From contig BTVV01000006.1 in the NCBI GenBank assembly GCA_045863855.1, positions 53,321-117,320 on the forward strand: a stretch of DNA of 64,000 nucleotides, in the 5' to 3' direction. Position numbers and translations under genes: made by a program. Source of the stretch: Planctomycetota bacterium (GTDB lineage Bacteria > Planctomycetota > SZUA-567 > H5-PLA8). This document shows positions 60,401 to 64,000 of the stretch, one piece after another (within the stretch, counting starts at the first letter, position 1; each line of letters opens with the position of its first letter). Under the pieces are notes generated by a model, which was given only the letters and a program-made list of their open reading frames with translations, was not told the origin of the DNA and ran no database searches.

Positions 60401-61015
60401 GTAGTGATCCAGTTCCTTAAAGGTCGTTAGGACTGTTTCTTCGACATCCGAGAAGAGCTGCCCCAAGCGCCGCAGCGTGGGCGCGCGGAGATCCTCCAGT
60501 ACCAGGTTGATCCGGTGCAGGATCGAGTCTTCGAAATGCCGCAGTTGCTCCACATCGTGATTCATCCAAGGACGCTGGCTGGGCAGCGGATAGATGTCCG
60601 GCGGGACCAGAAACCCGATCCCGATCACCATCTTACGCGTGGGCACTCCGCGTGCCGCCAGCATCGCCGTGGGGCTATGATCGAAGACCGTTAAATCCGG
60701 CTGGATGTACTCGAAGAGCGACCGCCACGCCCGCACCAGTCCGGTCAACTCGCCGGGGCTCTCGTAGCCCAGATTATGGAGCATCTGAGGATACGTGGCC
60801 GGCTGGAGGATGGGCTTGGCGATGGGCGCGGTCTTGATCGGCGCCTGCACGCACGCCACGCCGATATCCTGAAAGACCGTATGCGAGCGGCTCAAATCTC
60901 TTAGGGCGAAGACTACCCGATGACCGTTTCGGATCAGGCGTTCGGCGATCTCGCGGTAGGGCGCCATATGGCCCACTCCAGCGCCGAGTTCCCAGGTGAA
61001 CAAAACAGTGCTCAT
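57434..61015 (-). CDS. Fused glycosyltransferase (GT-B) - TPR array - sulfotransferase
   Basis: WELGAGVGH, DHSPTA, HNANHGT..PLQLEQ; more than ten TPRs; FGLPRSSTTLTEQ, DKMPDN, RDLRDIAVS. Confidence 0.9.
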   Translation of the reverse strand: MSTVLFTWELGAGVGHMAPYREIAERLIRNGHRVVFALRDLSRSHTVFQDIGVACVQAPIKTAPIAKPILQPATYPQMLHNLGYESPGELTGLVRAWRSLFEYIQPDLTVFDHSPTAMLAARGVPTRKMVIGIGFLVPPDIYPLPSQRPWMNHDVEQLRHFEDSILHRINLVLEDLRAPTLRRLGQLFSDVEETVLTTFKELDHYAEREGGNYWGICSYYPGAKPEWPGGEGAKVFAYLKPSKNLVPILQALTVLKKPTLIVPDHIPEDTLKKFTSDTMVFSKNLFDLKTVGAECRLAVHNANHGTMAQLLLAGKPTLMVPLQLEQLLLARRAEQLGVGLVIQDQKAEDLATRLNAVLTGASYMASAEAFAKRYADFDPPKQGMRLYERMEAHLAEGRPAGTVNAPRGNAQAPAQRPRAASVSNAGLPRSPVQRATPQLNVMPAQGGRGQVVPGPGHARGGGGGGGGAAAGPLLQQALQHHQAGRLPEAERLYAQALDRQPNHPDGLHLLGVLRLQQGDLGHATELIEKAIAVNPNMAAYHANLAEGLRLQGRLGRAANSCQEALRLQPDFPDARNNFGLILHAQGHRDRAIEQYREAVRLRPKFALAHNNLANALRESGDLEGALQHFTLAVEAQPDMAEARSNLGQILLEEGRAEEALEHCEKAVELKPNLAAAHSNLGNVYRELGRLDEAKACYAQAIQRDATLGMPFSNMGQALQEEGKLEEAMEWYRKGLRAEPNSARIYSNIASLLADREMDEDAIAHYQAALRLDPSYVDALTGLGGLFRDQQRNEEARKCLERALELKKKLPSALVSLATLEEETGDLEKAEQHLRKALEQEPNHAGAYGQLATLLRKKMPDEDLANMKALLEKRSDRRGKGMGLHYGLAQVLDARGEYAEAAEHLKIANELRKAQMVKKGLDYRPEEHQRFVDNLIAHFTPEFFARVKEFGSASERPVFVFGLPRSSTTLTEQIIASHSKVFGAGERRFARESFEAIPGLIDPSKNTFEVLERLDAESVRLVAEQHLQKLDNLNADALRVVDKMPDNYLNIGLLAVLFPKARFIHCRRDLRDIAVSCWMTNFRHIRWACVQDEIAHRFGQYVRVMEHWRKVMPVPMLEIDYETTVEDPEGTARKLIDWVGLEFEDACLEPHKTDRPVRTASVTQVREPIYKRSVARWKNYEPALGELFAKLGQA

Positions 61016-61288
61016 GTGAACCCCCGGATCTCTATCCTAAAGTCTTATTTAGCATTGGGTTAAATGTTTAAAAATCGAGGTAATCGACCAGCGGGAAAAG
61101 GTCACACTTTTCCTCGAGTTGCCTCTGTACAACACATCAACTCCCGATACTCTTAGCGACTCATTCACGTTGTGCAAGAGCCTTTGCGTTAAGCAAGGGG
61201 TCCAACATCGTTGTTCGGGAAGCGTTGTGAGTAATGTTTTCCTGTTCGATTTTTGGTGACTCGCAGGCCACTTGTTGAGGAATCCGCA

Positions 61289-63278
61289 ATGCCTTCAAAT
61301 CCGAAATTCTACCGCTACTTCGAGAAGGCGCCGCTGGTGGTGGCGTTCGCTTGGATGGGCTTCGCCGGGAATGCGCAGGCGGAGAGCATCGTCGTCGACC
61401 GCACCGACGACTTGCCGGCGGTTAATCCCGCCATCGATGCGCAAGTGGCGGGCGGCGGCATCACGCTCCGCTCGGCGCTGCAGCGCTTGAATCAGGATAC
61501 GAATACCGACGACGACGAGATCGTGCTCAGCGCCAGTTCGGTCTACACGCTCAATTACGGCGCGGGCGTGCTGGACAATACGAGCTACCAGGGCGACCTC
61601 GACTGGAATCGCGATCAGTCGTACGGGAATTTGACGATCCGCACCGACGTCGCCGGCACCCGCGCGTTCATCGACGCGACGGGCCTCAACGACCGCGTCC
61701 TGCATGTGCTGGTCAATCCCACCAACGGGACTACGTACGGCAACCTGACGCTGCGCGACCTGGAAATTTACGGCGGCTTCGCGGACGACGACGGCAGCTC
61801 TTTTCCTTCCGAAGCCCGCGGCGGCGGCGTGTACTACCAGTACGGCGGCCTGATCACCCTCGACAACGCGCTGATTCGCAACAACACCGCGCAGGGCCAG
61901 GACGGGGTGAACGGCAACGATGCGTCTACGGTTTTTATTCCATCTACTACTTCGTCTAATTCCACAACCCTGTTTTTTTCCGCCACCAACGGCTCTTCGG
62001 GCTACGGCGCGGCAGGCGGCGGGATTTACATCGGCGGCGGGACGGGCTACGGCGGGCTGGTGCTGATTAACGGCAGCGGGGTCGATCGAAACACGGCCCG
62101 GGCCGGCCGCGGCGGGAACGGCGGCAACACCGCCGGTTTCGGCGGCAGCCCCGGCTTCGGCGGGTCCGGCGAGTCTGCCTTCGGCGGCGGCGTCTTCATA
62201 CTCAACGGCTCCCAAGGCGTCACGATCACCGAAAGCAACATCAATCTCAACGGGGCTTACGGCGGCGACGGCGGGTCCGGCGGCGATGCGGCGCAACAGT
62301 ACGGTGACCTTGAATTCGGCCACCGACGCCGGGTTTGGCGGCAGCGGCACTTCCTCGGGCAGTTCGGGTGTGGCCGACGGCGGCGGGCTGGCCACCGATT
62401 CGGGCACCTTCAACGTCGTCAGCTCCATCGTGGCCGGGAATACCGCCGGATTTGCCCCGGATATCGACGACGATGAGAACAGTGCATCGGACATCGGCTA
62501 CAACCTGATCGGGGACAACGAAGGAGCCCCGAACTTCGTCGAAGGCAACACCAACGGAAGCGGGAGCATCGTCGGCAGTTCGGCCGGCGGCGGAATAGTT
62601 GCTCCGCTGTTGGGCGCGCTCGCCGACAACGGCGGCCCGACCCTGACGCACCTGCCGTTGGGCGGCAGCCCCGCGATCGATGCGGGCTCCAATCCGGACG
62701 CGCTGGCCTTCGATCAGCGTGGAGATCCGTTCGCGCGCGTGGCGGGGGATTCGATGCTGCCGGACATCGGCGCCGTCGAAGTGAACGTGAACCAGGGCAC
62801 CGGCTTCAAGCTGAAGACGCTGCGCATGACCAGCAACTGGCGCACGCCCAACAAGGACCGCGCCACGTTACAAGCCTTCATGGACAACCCGGGCGCGATC
62901 CCGGCGCCCAGAACGCTCTATCCGTTCGCGGGGTCGACGGTCCAGATCAACGTCGGCGGCCAGGTCTACGACTTCGTGCTCGACGCCAAGGGCAGGGATG
63001 TCGGCGTGACGCGCAACGGAAAGAACCTGCTGGTGAAGTACGTCAAGAAGACCAATCAGTTGCAGTTCATCTTGAAAGGTCCGTTCGGCGACTACCAGGA
63101 TCAGTGGACCGACGAAGGCCTGACGAACGACCTCATCTACGGCCAGAACCGGACGGTGAACCTGACCATCCAGTTCGACAACACGATCGTCGGAGGCGAT
63201 GTCCTCATGCGCTGGTGGAACCGTCCGAATTCGGCCGGCAACGCGATCAGCGTGGGCTTGGTGGTGGGGCCCGGATAG
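61289..63278 (+). pseudogene. Secreted Gly-rich beta-helix / choice-of-anchor Q protein with a frame break near 62292
   Basis: Signal peptide ending NAQA; TLRSAL, GDLD, DRVL, GGGIY repeats in frame 1; NSTVTLNSA, GYNLIG, LADNGGPTLTH..SPAIDAG, DQRG, DIGAVE in frame 2. Confidence 0.8.
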
Positions 63279-63306
63279 CAGTCAGCCGGATCTTTGAAGA
63301 CGCAGG

Positions 63307-63340
63307 AAACTCCGCGGGCGACCCCCGCGGAGTTTTTTTT
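63307..63340 (+). terminator. Intrinsic terminator
   Basis: AAACTCCGCGGG/CCCGCGGAGTTT stem running into a T8 tract. Confidence 0.9.
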
Positions 63341-63358
63341 GCGTGCGTGGGCGGTTGT

Positions 63359-64000
63359 TTAAGGGTGAGGTGACGCGATCCGTCCAGGCCGCTCGGCCTC
63401 GGGGAGTTCACACCATAAGCGCTGCCAACTGGTCGTAATGGAAGCGTTGAGCGTCCGCACGTAGATGCTGGAACTCAACAGGTACAGGGCCGTGGAGCAG
63501 ACGCGGCCGCCGTTGCGCCATTCTCCCGTCGCCCGGGCGGCAAGAAATCGGCCCTCGCGGATCCAAGTCCGCTCCGCGCGGCCCTTCAGAGCTTCGTTCC
63601 AAGCCTTCCAGACTTCGCCCCCTTCCCGGAAGGCCGCGTAGGAGCAGACGAACTCCATCCAAGCGTCGTGATTGGGCGCCGAATCGAAGGCCGGCATGAC
63701 CTGCGTGAGAGCGGCGCAGAGGTCGCCGCGCGTGGCGCCAGGCGAATGGGCGCACATGCGTTCCACGGCGCAGCCCAGCACGGTCGCCCACGCCGTAGGG
63801 GCATGCCCGTCGTCGACCCGGTAGCTGCGGGTTTGTGCGTCGAAGAGCCGGTTCAGCCGGCTCTTCAGAGCTTCGAAGACCTGCTGATCCACCGGATGGC
63901 CCCAGCGCCGTGCGGCATGGAGTGCCCCCGCGGCGAAGAAGGCGGTGAAGAGATCCAACTGGGCAGCCGGGGACAGCAGCCGGGTCCGGGCATCGGCATC
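63359..64000 (-). CDS. Degenerate prenyltransferase/terpene-cyclase-like barrel protein (5' end beyond window)
   Basis: Frame open to the window edge; AAFREGGEVWKAWNEALK..GEWRNGGRVCSTAL..SIY. Confidence 0.55.
   Translation of the reverse strand, partial: DADARTRLLSPAAQLDLFTAFFAAGALHAARRWGHPVDQQVFEALKSRLNRLFDAQTRSYRVDDGHAPTAWATVLGCAVERMCAHSPGATRGDLCAALTQVMPAFDSAPNHDAWMEFVCSYAAFREGGEVWKAWNEALKGRAERTWIREGRFLAARATGEWRNGGRVCSTALYLLSSSIYVRTLNASITTSWQRLWCELPEAERPGRIASPHP

Noticed and set aside
61973..61979. T7 tract as the cause of the frameshift in the secreted protein
   Set aside because: The reading frame stays protein-like for about 300 nt after the tract; the break is near 62292
63359..64000. 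Second functional squalene-hopene cyclase
   Set aside because: No DxDD or intact QW motifs in the visible part; only a degenerate barrel signature

Overview
GC-rich bacterial chromosomal window of about 55 genes. It is most likely from a diderm Planctomycetota-like lineage; this is inferred from the BatA/vWA proteins, ECF-FecR pairs, a prenyltransferase-barrel protein, GCCCCTCCGGGGC REP-like hairpins, a TonB receptor and a GT9. Core genes are hpnH, shc, ispD, lysA, gltX, NAD kinase, a two-gene PFOR with a divergent LysR, an NtrC-type regulator, M16 and M50 peptidases and an FKBP. No rRNA, tRNA, CRISPR array, prophage or intact transposon was seen. The best candidate new system is at 57.4-63.3 kb: one polypeptide fusing a glycosyltransferase, a TPR array and a PAPS sulfotransferase, divergent from a secreted Gly-rich choice-of-anchor-Q protein. 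That partner has an AT-rich variable patch, a frame break and an unrecognised C-terminal domain. Other leads are a hairpin-rich 360-nt spacer before an unknown GNAT-like gene, an Sm-like gene behind hpnH, a NYN-LOTUS RNase with an Arg-rich disordered tail, two RNase H-fold nucleases behind gltX and a diheme lipoprotein. Broken genes include a sialidase with TGA at an Asp-box Trp, a Ca2+/H+ antiporter relic and an IS200 fragment. Clear operator palindromes are also visible. All functional calls come from recognising motifs by eye; no searches were run.
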